Assembly: GCA_038087875.1 (NCBI GenBank)
Contig: CM075989.1
Span: 496,001-560,000 of the forward strand
Direction: 5' to 3'
DNA: 64,000 nucleotides
Source of the DNA: Malacoraja senta
Lineage: Eukaryota
Shown here piece after piece: positions 13,133 to 25,400 of the stretch. A program made the position numbers and the translations under genes. The notes below the pieces were generated by a model that worked only from the letters and a program-made list of their open reading frames with translations, ran no database searches and was not told the DNA's origin. The number at the start of each line of letters is the position of its first letter. The first letter of the stretch is position 1.

Positions 13133-13256
13133 TTCCTGCAACAGATGGGCAGAGGTTACCAGTCATCCCATTGGCTGCTGCAGCAGGGGTTGTGTTCCTG
13201 ATCATCCTATCAACTGTGATTTGCTGCATTCTCAAATCGCGATGGAGAACAGACAG
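13133..13256 (+). CDS. Transmembrane exon of a probable type I Ig-superfamily receptor (host gene)
   Basis: Acceptor ctctttggcctcAG and donor AG|GTGGGT, phase 1 to 2; encodes PATDGQRLPVIPLAAAAGVVFLIILSTVICCILKSRWRTD, a hydrophobic helix with a basic stop-transfer segment; non-repetitive context. Confidence 0.7.
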
Positions 13257-13995
13257 GTGGGTGGTTGTCCCCGTCCCTGAGATCCCCTCCATCCCTCCAA
13301 CCCAATTCCAGCCGGTCAGGTCATTCACGTTTATTTTCATACAGAGACACAGGGACAATTAAAAATCTTGCTTGCAACAACATCATAGACAAACATACAA
13401 AAACAAGTTATACTTATAATATTTGAAAATAAAATATCTCCATAGATGCTGCCTCACCCGCTGAATCCCTCCAGCATTTTTGTCTTCCTTTGATTTTTCC
13501 AGCATCTGCAGTTCTTTGTTAAACATGCAAAAATAAAATAACATTGCAAAAACATAAATGAAAAATAAAATAAAACTATTCCATGGTCGTGCATGAGGTG
13601 GTCCGTAGTGTTCTGTTGTTGACGTAGGATGAGGGTTGTGCAGGTCGGTAGATTCAAGAGTAATTGCCACATGTACCAGCAATGAAAGGCTTATCTGCTG
13701 CAGATTACAGGCCCATTAAAATAACGCAAATGCATATATTGTCAATAATTTCCTCTCCCACAAGGAACATTTCTGATACTGTGGGTTAACAAAGCCTTTA
13801 CCTCTGCTCTTAGGCCTCCAGTGAATGCATCGAGAATGGTGACAATCTGGAGGAGAGTATATCCACATGAGAGAGAGACAGATGCAGGAGGAGCATTATA
13901 AAATGTATCACACGGTCTGAAACAGCCCAGGTAATAACCATCCTGAGTGATGCCTGTCACAGTTACTGTATTCCTTTCTCACTGGACAAACACAG

Positions 13996-14025
13996 GTCAC
14001 TGAGACTAAAGCAAGGTGGACACTG
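13996..14025 (+). CDS. Possible 30-nt cytoplasmic micro-exon of the same receptor
   Basis: ttcctttctc...cacAG acceptor, frame-preserving phase 2-2 (SLRLKQGGH), weak donor TG|GTACAA. Confidence 0.3.
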
Positions 14026-14492
14026 GTACAACATCACTCCACTTTTCCTGACCCAGCTCCAGTGGCCACCGGGGCGCAGCGGTAGACTTACTGCCTTTCA
14101 GCGCTTGCAGAACCAGAGTCCCGGGTTTGATCTTGACCATGGATGCTGGAATTTGTCTTTGTATAACCTATGCAATACTTTAAATTGTATCAGGCAATGC
14201 CTGGCATTTAAAGAACAGTAGTGTATGTATTGTAGGCTTTCATCCCATATATCTTTCGAGATGGGTAAACCCAACTCGTCCCGGTGTGGAATTTGTACGT
14301 TCTCCCCGTGACCTTTGTGGGTTTTCTCAGAGTTTTCTGGTTTCTGTAATGTATTGATGCATATTCATGTATATGTTAATGAATTGGTGTTGTACATAAG
14401 CAGGGAATGTTGGGTAATAAAACTATCTCTCGTTATCCAGGCAGCCTGCGTGAAAGTTGTTATTCATTCTGCTGTCCGGAATATAACAAAAT

Positions 14493-14510
14493 TGGCGACG
14501 AGGATGGGAT
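14493..14510 (+). promoter_or_regulatory. Primer-binding site, tRNA-Ser(GCU) type
   Basis: TGGCGACGAGGATGGGAT just after the 5' LTR, complementary to the 3' end of vertebrate tRNA-Ser(GCU) as recalled. Confidence 0.8.
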
Positions 14511-15821
14511 AGAGTTTGTGAACTCATCCTTTAAATACAGTACTGGACTGTTTTGCAACACACAGCATTGTTCAACAGATTAAACAGTAAATACGGAGAT
14601 GTGTCGCAGTTGTTTGCGAGCTAGACTCGAGAGGCCGCAGAACCTTCTATGCAGGGGACTGTAGTTTAAAACAGCGGCTGTACAAATCGGCAAGAGTTTG
14701 TCCGGCTATCTCTATGTTGTATCAATGTGGCAAGATGTCGTCCTTGGGATTGTATAACATTTTAGACTGAGTTTTTTTTGTTGAATTCCTCAAGCTGAAT
14801 AGTCTTTGTACAGCTACGTTTTATGTGAATTGTTACACGAGAACAGACAGGAATTTGGGTTTTTTGAATGGACCTTTAAAAAAAAGAGAACGCCACGATG
14901 GCAGTGTCCACGGCCTACATGGGAAACCTTGGTAATTTTGACAAGAGTAGAGAGACGTTCAGCTCCTATATGGTGAGAGCAAACATGTTTTTCACGGCAA
15001 ACAATATAATGGAGATTAGGGGTGAAGGTGAGATAGTGACTGAAACAAATAAGGCCGTTTGAGATCGCATTAAAGCGATTCTGCTCACGGAGATCGGTCC
15101 TGAAGTGTACGGCACACTCGTGAATCTCCTTGCACCCTTAAAGGCAAAAGACGTGCCTTTCAATGACATTATAAAGAAGTTGGAGGAGCACTTCAACCCA
15201 AAGCCTCTGGAAATTGCAGAAAGCTATAAATTTGGCACTAGAAACCAGAAGCAGAATGAGACAATCAATGAGTACATTGTTGCCTTGAAAAACGTAACTT
15301 TGGAACACTAACTTCGGAACCTTTCTCGGACGCGCACTATGCAACAGATTTGTTTGTGGTCTGGTGGATGAACGAATTCAGTCCAAACTCATGAACACTC
15401 CAGATCTTACATTCGAGAAAGCATGCAGGATTGATACCATAATGGAGATGGCATCTAAGAATACTCGTGAGTTTTGTCCACCACGAACTGCAGTGGCCGT
15501 TTACAGTCACAAGGCAGTGCCTATGGCCAAACCAAGAGGCGCTAAACCAAAACCGAAGTGTGGCAGGGAGCTGAGTTCAGCCAGTTGTTATCGTTGCAAT
15601 GGTAATCACACATCCCAATTTTGTCAGTTCAAAATGGCCAAGTGCGATAACTGCCAGAAGAAAGGCCATATCGCCTCAGCATGTCGGGCCAAGCTTAAAA
15701 CAGGAAACCAACAATCTGTGGGAAACAAGCGACAACACCAGAGAGGAGTTCATAACTTGGAGATGAACATAGCTGGAAATGAACTTGGATTGTACACCAT
15801 TTATGCAACCAACATCGATAA

Positions 15822-17062
15822 GCCTCCAACCAGCCAAAGCAAGGATTTTCGAACTAAAAGTCCGAAAGGGCAGCTGACAACCAGGGAAAGACCTAGTGAC
15901 GGCCTGGAGAGACTGCTGACCGGAGGGAATAGACCCCACCGAGGCTGGCATGGGCTAGCTCCTCATGCCAGCAGGATCCATCGCTAATCAGCGTTTTGGA
16001 TCCACCGTTATATTGCTACAGAAGGAATTGACAATGAATAAGACAACTAGCACAGCAATTGACACCGGCAGGACATAAGCTACGAAGCTGCATCTGTGGC
16101 TGGGAAAAGATAACATCAGAGAAGGGTCTCATGATCCACCAGGGCAGGAAAAAGTGTCTGCGAGAGCTTGGTGAGGGGCCTCGCATTGATCATTACTTTC
16201 TAAGAGGTAGGCCAAATCAGTCGAGTGAAGCCCAGTGGCAGGTTAACCACCACAGTCCACAGGGTATCAGCACCCCAGGTTCACGAGATTGATCCCTGGG
16301 ATGGCGGGACTGTCATATGAGGAAAGATTGAAAAGATTAGGCTTGTATTCACTGTAGATTAGAAGGATGAGGAGGGATCTTATAGAAACATATAAAATTA
16401 TAAAAGGACTGGACAAGTTAGATGCAAGAAAAATGTTCCCTATGTTAGGCGAGTCCAGAACCAGGGGCCACAGTCTTAGAATAAAGGGGAGGTCATTTAA
16501 GACTGGGGTGAGAAAAAAGCTTTTTCACCCAGAGAGTTGTGAATTTATGGAATTCCCTGCCACAGAGGGCAGTGGAGGCAAAGTCACTGGATGGATTTAA
16601 GAGAGAGTTAGATAGAACTCTAGGGGCTAGTGGAGTGAAGGGAGTTGGGGAGAAGGCAGGCACGGTTTATTGATAGAGGACGATCAGCCATGATCACAAT
16701 GAATGGCGGTGCTGGCTCGAAGGGCCGAATGGCCTCCTCCTGCACCTATTTTCTATGTTTATATGTTTCTATGTTTCAACCAAATACTGTCCCATCAGAG
16801 CCCAACCAGCCACAGTTGGCAGTAGAGGAAGATGGAAGGAAAAAAGCTGAATGGAGCAGTCACTGGTTGTGGCTGAAGAGAAAAGATGTTGTCTGGGCTG
16901 CCATGTGACCATCTAGAGGCTAACCATAAGACACACACCCAGGTCTGATCACCCTGCGGTGGGCCTGCCTCGACTGAGGGTGTCTTGTGATAAAAGGCCG
17001 AAACACCCAGTGACGTTGAGGTACACAACTGAAGATGTGTCTGATTGGTAGCAAAATCACCT
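15822..17062 (+). mobile_element. Internally deleted Hero/R2-like non-LTR element inside Gypsy 1
   Basis: N-terminal Zn finger CICGWEKITSEKGLMIHQGRKKC, C-terminal end AEWSSHWLWLKRKD..W*, structured 3' UTR; no RT between them; boundaries approximate. Confidence 0.55.
16278..16776 (+). mobile_element. CR1-A 3' fragment nested in the Hero-like element
   Basis: DLIETYKIIKGLDKLDA...RTRGHSL plus the CR1 tail. Confidence 0.9.
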
Positions 17063-20000
17063 AGTGGTCATCCCGAAGAATATCAAATGTCAATTGTAGT
17101 GAAAAACCTTCCAGATTGTAACACCCAGTCCTACGGCAGCAGATTGTTCGGTCATGAGCAGAGACCTGTACGAAACAAAGTTCCCACAGATACCATTGTT
17201 TGCGAGTAAGGTCAAGCTGTGAACCTTCTTAGGCGAAGTTTTGGAGACATGTGGACAAATGAACTGTAAAGTTCAGCATAATGGTCAGTCAGTAACACTG
17301 CCCATCATAGTGGCCAGCTACAGAAATAAACCAACCCTCCTTGGAAAGGATTGGCTGAGTAGAATAGAGTTAGACTGGAAGAATATTTTCAGCATCGGTT
17401 TGTCCAAATCACATCTTGAAAACATCATAAGCAAACATGCAAACATTTTTGCTGACGGTTACACGGGAATAACAGGGTACTCTGCACACATTCGACTTAA
17501 GCACGATGTGAGACCTGTGTATTGTTGACCAAGACCTGTACCATATGCACTAAAGCAACAAGTGGAGGAAGAACTCGACAGATTAGAGCGGAATGGAGTA
17601 CTCGTGAAGACAGACCAGAGTAACTGGGCAACGCTAATTGTGGCCGTACCCAAGGCTGACAAAACTGTTCGCCTATGGGGTGACTACAAAGTTACAATCA
17701 ACCAAGCCGTTGATGATGAACAATACCCGTTACCAACCTCACAAGATCTGTACGCAGAACTTAGCGGAGCAAGAGTCTTCACTAAACTGGATTTGTCTCG
17801 CGCTTATGCCCAACTCATTGTCGACAAGGAAAGTCAGCAGTACTTGACTATCAACACAGATAAGGGCTTTTATTCATATACAAAGCTGCCCCATGGTGTG
17901 AAACCCTCCCCGAAAATTGTTCAGTCTGTCATGGACCAAATATTACATGGCATTCCGCACTGTGTGTGCAACCAGGATGACCTACTGATATTCACAGAGG
18001 GCATGGTAGAACATCTGGAAATCCTCGAGCAAGTTCTCACACGACTGAACTGCCACAATGTCAAACTGCGACAAAGTAAATGTGCATTTACGCTGTCAGA
18101 GGTGGTCTACCTTGGAATCAAAGTAGACACCAACGGACTTCGCCCTGTGAAGGCGAAGGTTGAAGCAATAGTGAATGCTCCAAAACCCAACAATGTATCA
18201 GAGCTACGATCATTCCTTGGGATGGTGCAGTTCTATGCACGATTCCTTCCTGATTTAGTAACTGTGCTAAAGCCACTACATCATCTGCTAGAAAAAGATG
18301 TGAAATGGACGTGGGGAAAGGAACAGCAACGTGCATATGACATCTTCAAGGAAAACTTGACAAGTGACAAACTTCTTGTTCACTATGATACGACACGCGA
18401 GACGAAACTTGCTTGTGATGCTTCAAGTTATGGTGTAGGTGCAATGATCTCCCACGTAATGAATGACGGACAGGAAAAGCTTATTGCTTTTGCATTCCGC
18501 ACCCTGTCATCGAGTGAACTCAACTAGGCACAGATAGGGAAGGAAGCACTCAGCATCGTGTTCGGAATTAAGAAATTCCATCAGTTTCTTCTCGGCAGAC
18601 CATTCACCCTCGTGACTGATCACAAGCCACTACCAGTGATACTTGGTCCCAAGTCAGCGTTACCTTCCATGGCAGCATCAAGGATGCAGCGCTGAGCAAT
18701 TTTGCTGTCCCGGTATGACTACAAGGTGGAGTACAGAAGCTCCAAGTGCAACTGCAAGTTGTAGATGAAGACTTTCCAGTGACTGCAACAGAAATTGCAG
18801 CAGAAACAAAGAAAGACAATGTGCTGAAGTGGGTCTATGAACAGACATTGAACGGATGGACTGAAATCGATAGTGGATTGAACTCAGTTCTGAACTCAGA
18901 GTTAAAGCCTTTCCATAATCGATGCCATGAATTATCATGTGAGCAGGGATGCATTAAGTGGGGTTACAGAGTGGTTGTACCAGAGTCTTTGAGAAACAAA
19001 ATTATGAACAAACTTCATGCTGAACATCCTGGTATAGTAAGTATGAAGTCAATTGCCAGAAGTTTTGTGTATTCGCCTGGTATTGACAGTGACATCGAGT
19101 CACTGGTGAGCAACTGTAGCATCTGCAAAATTTGCCGGAGTAAACCACCAAAAACACCACTGCAACCCTGGTCATGGCCAAGTAGACATTTTCAGATAGT
19201 TCATGGAGATTTTTGTGAAAATGGTAATGATCACTTTCTGGTGCTAGTAGATAGTCATTCCAAATGGATTGAGGTTAAGCATATGGGGTCAAGCACTACT
19301 ACTGAGTGTACCATAGATGAGTTGAGATCCATTTTTGCATGCCATGGTTTACCGGAAGAACTTGTTTCTGATAATGGGCCTCAGTTTCGTTCAGAACAGT
19401 TCAAAGAGTTCATGCAGCGGAATGGTGTAAAACACACACTTGTTCCCCCATACCATCCAGCCTCCAACGGGGCGGAGGAAAGGTCTGTTAGAGTTGTCAA
19501 TAATGCTCTCAAGAAACAGGTTTTGCAGGGTAGTTCAAAGCTCAGCATGAAACATCTTTTGGCTAGTTTCTTCCTGAAGTACAGAACCACACCACACTCA
19601 ACAACGGGTTACTCACCTGCAGAACTGTTGATGAAGAGAAGGCTAAGAATACGCCTAAGTCTAGTTCAACCTAATTTGGCTTTGAGAGTTGAACAAGAAC
19701 AGTTAAGTCAAAAATGCCATTTTTACTCCCACAAAAAGGAGAGGTACTTCAAGCCAGATGAGCAGGTTCGTGTTCTCAGTCCTCCCAACAAGTCCAGTCG
19801 AGACAAATGGGATGTTGGGAAAATAGTGGGAGTGTGTGGAACAAAAAGATACTTGGTTGAAGTTGGAGACAGGATCAAAAGTATTCATGTTGATGAAATG
19901 ATTCCAGCCAAAGATGAACCAAAAACTGAGAATGAAGTCCTAATCCCCGAGTTTTCATCTGAAAGTGAGTTGGAAGAGACCACTGTGATTGAAACACTAA

Positions 20001-20889
20001 GTTCAGTTAATACAGACAAAGAAACAGATCCCTCTGGTCAAAGTCAGGGTACTAAAACAGAGCCAAACAAGCCTACAGTTGAGTCAACACCGAAACCTGT
20101 TACACCTGTTACTGTTAGACGACCAGGCAGGATCCGTAAACCAGTAGTCATATTAGGTTTGTAAGTTAAGTAACTCACTGTCTAGGTAAAATGAAAATGT
20201 GTAAATATGTAAAATAAATATATCATGTTTATCATTTAAGATTTCATAAATACTGGTTTAAATCAAGTATCACAACAAAATTGTAACTGTACTTAGATTT
20301 AATACTTAAAAATAGGAGAGCAGTGTAATGTATTAATGCATATTCATGTATGTTAATGAGTTGGTGTTGTATATAAGCAGGGAATGTTGGGTAATAAAAC
20401 TCTCTATCGTGATCCAGGCAGCCTGTGTGTAAGTTGTTATTCATTCTGCCTTCCGGAATATAACAGTTTCCTTCCAAACTCCAAAGACGTACAGGTTTGT
20501 ATGTTAATTGGCTTGGTATAAATGGTCTCTAGTTTGTGTAGTGTCCCTAGTGTTAATATGCGGGGATTGCTGGTCAGAGCGGACTCGTTGGACAGAAGGG
20601 CATGTTTCCGCGTTAAAACTATAACTAAAAACTAAATTAAACAATCAAACCCAAATCTGCAGCACCTCCAGCCGTGTGATATTCCCTCAGCAATGCCCCA
20701 CTACACAGACGGTCTCTCAGTACTGCCTGCGAGTGTCTGCCTTGGTTTCTGTGTTAAAGACACATCAGGAGGGTCTTGAACCCAGAACCACCTCTCGGAG
20801 AGGTGGGAGTGTACTCCCCTGTGATCCCACCTGTCACCCTGAGACTGAAATCATACAATCAAACCCACTATTGATCAATGATTATCGGC

Positions 20890-21198
20890 ATTTATTTAGT
20901 TTAGTTTAGTTTGGAGATAAAGCACAGAAACAGGCCCTTCGGCCTACCGAGTCTTTGCCGACCAGTGATTACCCATATACTAGCACTGTCCTGCACACTA
21001 GGTACAATTTATAGAAGCCATTTATCCTGCAAACCAGTACGACTTTGGAGCATGGGAGGAAACTGGAGCACCCAGAAAAACCCCACAAAGGTCATAGGGA
21101 GAATGCACAAACTCCGTAGACAACACACGCAGTCAAGATTGAACCTGGGACTCTAGCGTTGTAAAGCAGCAACTCTACCGCTGCGCCACTGTGCCGCC
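20890..21198 (-). repeat. V-SINE (HE1-like), antisense
   Basis: Reverse complement begins GGCGGCACAGTGGCGCAGCGGTAGAGTTGCTGC and ends in a (CTAAA)n tail. Confidence 0.8.
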
Positions 21199-21290
21199 TA
21201 TTGTAGGTGTATTCTCCAGACCCATACATAGCAATTACCAGTGCTGCCATTTGTCATTCTGTCTATTTCCATTTTTGTCACTGGACGAAG

Positions 21291-21386
21291 GTCTGAAGGA
21301 CCCCAAAACCACGCTGAACATGAATCAACCATGAAGATATTTATGCAAACTGCCCGGTGGAAGATTCCATATATGCAAATGTATAA
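21291..21386 (+). CDS. Terminal cytoplasmic exon with ITIM-like motif; apparent 1-nt deletion near 21322-21325
   Basis: Polypyrimidine tract then gaAG acceptor; phase-2 start continues the TM exon (SEGPQNHAEHE); after a frameshift it reads INHEDIYANCPVEDSIYANV*, and SIYANV fits S/I/V/LxYxxI/V/L. Confidence 0.6.
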
Positions 21387-21599
21387 TTGGATCAGAAACA
21401 AAAAACGCACGTTCTGGGAATGGCACAGGAGAGGACTGCTTGGAATTCGAACATCTTCAGAGAAACCACCCGAATTAGCAGCACAAATCAATCCCCAGGA
21501 TCCCCATACACTCATCTCCCATTCCTGTGTCCCATGTTTCCCTTTTATCCCCTCTTGCCTCTCTCCCTGTCCTCTTCCACCCATATCCCTCCCTCTGGC

Positions 21600-21875
21600 T
21601 TGACATTTCACTCCTCCTCCCCTTATCTGACACCCTTTAATTTCACCCTCAGCCTTTGTGACTTACTCCACCCATCTGCCAATCGCACCCCTCCCCTGTG
21701 CCCCATCCCTTGTCCCAACCCATCTTTTTTTCCACCGCGAATCCATGAGTCTGAAGAAGGATCCCGACCCAAAACATTGACTGTCCATTCCCTCCAGAAA
21801 TGCTGCCTGACCCGCTATTTCAGCACATTTTTATTGCTTCAGTTTTCAGTATCTTCAGTTTCTTGTGTCTCCATT
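21600..21875 (+). repeat. Penelope-derived terminal fragment with a degenerate hammerhead core
   Basis: CTGAAGA-AGGATCCCGACCC-AAAAC from 21751, then ATGCTGCCTGACCCGCT...CAGCA as in 47077-47206 and ~13440-13520. Confidence 0.5.
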
Positions 21876-22493
21876 ACAAAATCAAACTTCATCTTGTGCA
21901 TATCTAATGATTTCAGCTGAACTGTCTTCTGTGGTAGACCACATCATAGGTTCAGCAATCGTATGGTGAAGAAATGTCACTACACTGCAGTCTGAAATGG
22001 CCTATCCTGTATCCTGAGACTTACTCCTGGTTCTGGACTACCCACCATCACAAACGTCCTTCCTGCATCTGATCTGTTCAATATCATCGGAATTTTATAG
22101 TTTCAATTAGGTTCTCTTTCATTCTTCTAAATTCCAGCGAATTCCCATTCCCATTCTCTCTTCAATTATCATTCTTATGACAAATTGTTAACAGCAAAGC
22201 ACTTTAATTAATTATCTGGATAAATAAATATATATATGAATGTTTGCATGCTCTCTTGATCTCTGACATTGGAGCAAAAATGGTCCATGGTAGTGCAAGA
22301 GGTGGTCCATAGTATTTCATTGCTGAGGTAGGATTAGGGTCAGTTCAAGAACCTAATGATTAAAGGAAAGATGTTCTTATACATGTCATCAGGGTAAGTG
22401 TAGTGGGACCTCAGGCTTCTGTACATCCTGCCCAAGGGTAGCAGCAAGAAGTGGACATGATGATGGGAATTCTTGATGATAGATGCTGCCTTC

Positions 22494-25400
22494 CATAGAA
22501 ACATAGAAAATAGGTGCAGGAGGAGGCCATTCGGCCCTTTGAGCCAGCACCACCATTCATTGTGATCATGGCTGATCGTCCCCTATCAATTACCCGTGCC
22601 TGCCTTCCCCCATATCCCTTGACTCAACTAGCCCATAGAGCTCTTTCTAACTCTCTCTTAAATCCATCCAGCGACTTGGCCTCCACTGCCCTCTGTGGCA
22701 CGGAATTCCATAAATTCACAACTCTCTGGGTGAAAATGTTTTTTCTAACCTCAGTCTTAAATGACCTCCTCTTTATTGTAAGACTGTGGCCTCTGGTTCT
22801 GGACTCGCCCAACATTGGGAACATTTTTCCTGCATCTAGCTTGTCCAGGCCTTTTATAATTTTATATGTTTCTATAAGATCCCCCTCATCCTTCTAAACT
22901 CCAGTGAATACAAGCCTAGTCTTTTTAATCTTTCCTCATACGACAGTCCCGCCATTCCAGGTTTCAATCTCGTGAACCTACGCTGCACTGCCTCTATCAC
23001 AAGGATGTCCTTCCTCAAATTAGGAGACCAAAACTGTACACAATACTCCAGATGTGGTCTCACCAGAGCCCTATACAACTGCAGAAGAACCTCTTTACTC
23101 CTATACTGAAATCGTCTTGTTATGAAGGCCAACATTCCAATAGCTTTCTTCACTGCCTGCTGTACCTGAAAGCCAAATTTCAGTGACTGGTGTACAAGGA
23201 CGCCCAGGTCTCGGTGCACCTTACCTAACCTAACCCCATTGAGATAATAATCTGCCTCCTTGTTTTTGCCGCCAAAGTGGATAACCTCACATTTATCTAT
23301 ATTATACTGCATCTGCCAAGCATCTGCCCACTCACCCAACCTGTCCAGGTCACCCTGCAACCTCCAAACATCCTCTTCACAGTTCACACTGCCACTCGGC
23401 TTTGTGTCATCCACAAACTTGCTAGTGTTGCTAATTCCCTCTTCCAAATTATTAATATATATGGTAAGCAGTTGCAGCCCCAACACCGAGACTTTCGGCA
23501 CTCTACTCGCCACTGCCTGCCATTCTGAAAAGGACCCGTTCACTCCTACTCTTTGCTTCCGGTCTGCCAGCCAATTTTCTATCCATGTCAACACCCTACC
23601 CCCAATACCATGTGCTCTAATTTTAGTCACCATTCCCCCGTGTGGGACCTTATCAAAGGCTTTCTGAAAGTCTAGATACACTACATCCACTGGCACCCCT
23701 TCATCCATTTTACTTGTCACATCCTCAAAAGATTCCAGATGATCAGGCAAGCATGATTTCCCTTTCATAAATCTATGTTGACGGACTAATCCTTTTACTG
23801 CTATCCAAATGCCCGATTATTACCTCTTTAATAATTGACTCCAGCATTTTTCCCACCACCAAAGTCAGGCTAACTGGTCTGTAACATATCAGAGAGTGAA
23901 GTTGGGGATGGCATCAAACAGGAAATTAGAAATGCGTGCAACAAAGGTAAAAACAGTTATAATGGGTGACTTCAATCTACATATAGATTGGGTGAATCCA
24001 ATTGGCAGGGGTGCTGAGGAAGAGGATTTCTTGGAATGTATGCGGGATAGTTTTCTAAACCAACATGTAGAGGAACCAACGAGAGAGCAGGCTATTCTAG
24101 ACTGGGTATTGTGTAATGAGGAAGGGTTAGTTAACAGTCTTGTTGTGCGTGGCCCCTTGGGCAAGACTAACCATAATATGGTTGAGTTCTTCATTAGGAT
24201 GGAGAGTGACATGGTTAATTCAGAAACAATGGTTCTGAACTTTAAGAAAGGTAACTTTGAGGGTACGAGACGTGAATTCGCCAAGATTGACTGGCGATTA
24301 ATTCTTAAAGGGTTGACGGTGGATATGCAATGGAAGGCATTTAAAGACTGCATGGATGAACTACAAAAATTGTTCATCACAGTTTGACAAAAGAATAAAT
24401 CAGGGAAGGTAGTGCATCCGTGGATAACAAGGGAAATCAGGGATAGTATCAAAGCAAAAGATGAAGCGTACATATTAGCCAGAAAAAGCAGCCGACCAGA
24501 GGACTGGGAGAAATTCAGAGACCATCAGAGGTGGACAAAGGACTTAAATAGGAAAGAGAAAATAGATTATGAAAGAAAACTGGCAGGGAACATTAAAACT
24601 GACGGCAAAAGTTTTTATAGATATGTGAAGAGAAAGAGATTAGTTAAAACAAATGTAGGTCCCTTGCAGTCAGAAACAGGTGAATTGATCATGGGGAACA
24701 AGGACATGGCGGACCAATTGAATAAGTACTTTGGTTCCGTCTTCACTAAGGAGGACATAAATAATCTGCCGGAAATAGCAGGGGACCGCGGGTCAAAGGA
24801 GATGGAGGAACTGAGTGAAATCCAGGTGAACCGAGAAGTGGTGTTAGGTAAATTGAATGGATTAAAGGCCGATAAATCCCCAGGGCCAGATAGGCTGCAT
24901 CCCAGAGTACTTAAGGAAGTAGCTCCAGAAATAGTGGATGCATTAGTGATAATTTTTCAAAACTCTTTTGATTCTGCAGTAGTTCCTGAGGATTGGAGGG
25001 TAGCTAATGTAACCCCGACTTTTTAAAAAGTGAGGGAGAGAGAAAACGGGGAATTACAGACCAGTTAGTCTAACATCGGTAGTGGGGAAACTGCTAGAGT
25101 CAGTTATTAAAGATGGGATAGCAGCACATTTGGAAAGTGGTGAAATCATTGGACAAAGTCAGCATGGATTTACGAAAGGTAAATCATGTCTGACGAATCT
25201 TATAGAATTTTTCGAGGATGTAACTAGTAGAGTGGATAGGGGAGAACCAGTGGATGTGTTATATCTGGACTTTCAGAAGGCTTTCGACAAGGTACCACAT
25301 AAGAGATTAGTATACAAACTTAAAGCACGCGGTATTGGGGGTTCAGTATTGATGTGGATAGAGAACTGGCTGGCAAACAGGAAGCAAAGAGTAGGAGTAA

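Larger units (their letters stand above)
14345..20465 (+). mobile_element. Gypsy (Mag-like) LTR retrotransposon 1, decayed
   Basis: LTRs 14345-14488 and 20324-20465 (TG...CA, ~10 mismatches and a 2-nt indel by eye); TSD GTTTC; PBS; PPT ~20308-20323; gag with two Zn knuckles, RT (KLDLSRAY, NQDD), RNaseH (ACDAS), IN (HAEHPG...CSIC, SDNGPQF). Confidence 0.95.
14062..20640 (+). repeat. tRNA-derived V-SINE (HE1-like), split by the Gypsy at 14345-20465
   Basis: A/B-box-like head GGCGCAGCGGTAG...CCCGGGTTTGATC; V-domain-like TTTGTACGTTCTCCCCGTG...GGTTTC|CTTCCAAACTCCAAAGACGTACAGG rejoins across the insertion. Confidence 0.75.

Noticed and set aside
14062..14140. tRNA gene
   Set aside because: It is the tRNA-like head of a SINE followed by the V-domain, with no intact cloverleaf; the same applies at 21130-21198.
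16975..17045. Hammerhead ribozyme in the Hero-like 3' UTR (GGGTGTC...GAAACACCC...CTGAAGA)
   Set aside because: Order and spacing of the core elements leave no room for stems I and II in a standard topology; kept only as a hairpin.
21241..21920. ORFs 21241-21603 and 21387-21920 as standalone genes
   Set aside because: Non-ATG starts, and they run into repeat-derived sequence; only 21291-21386 is supported as an exon.
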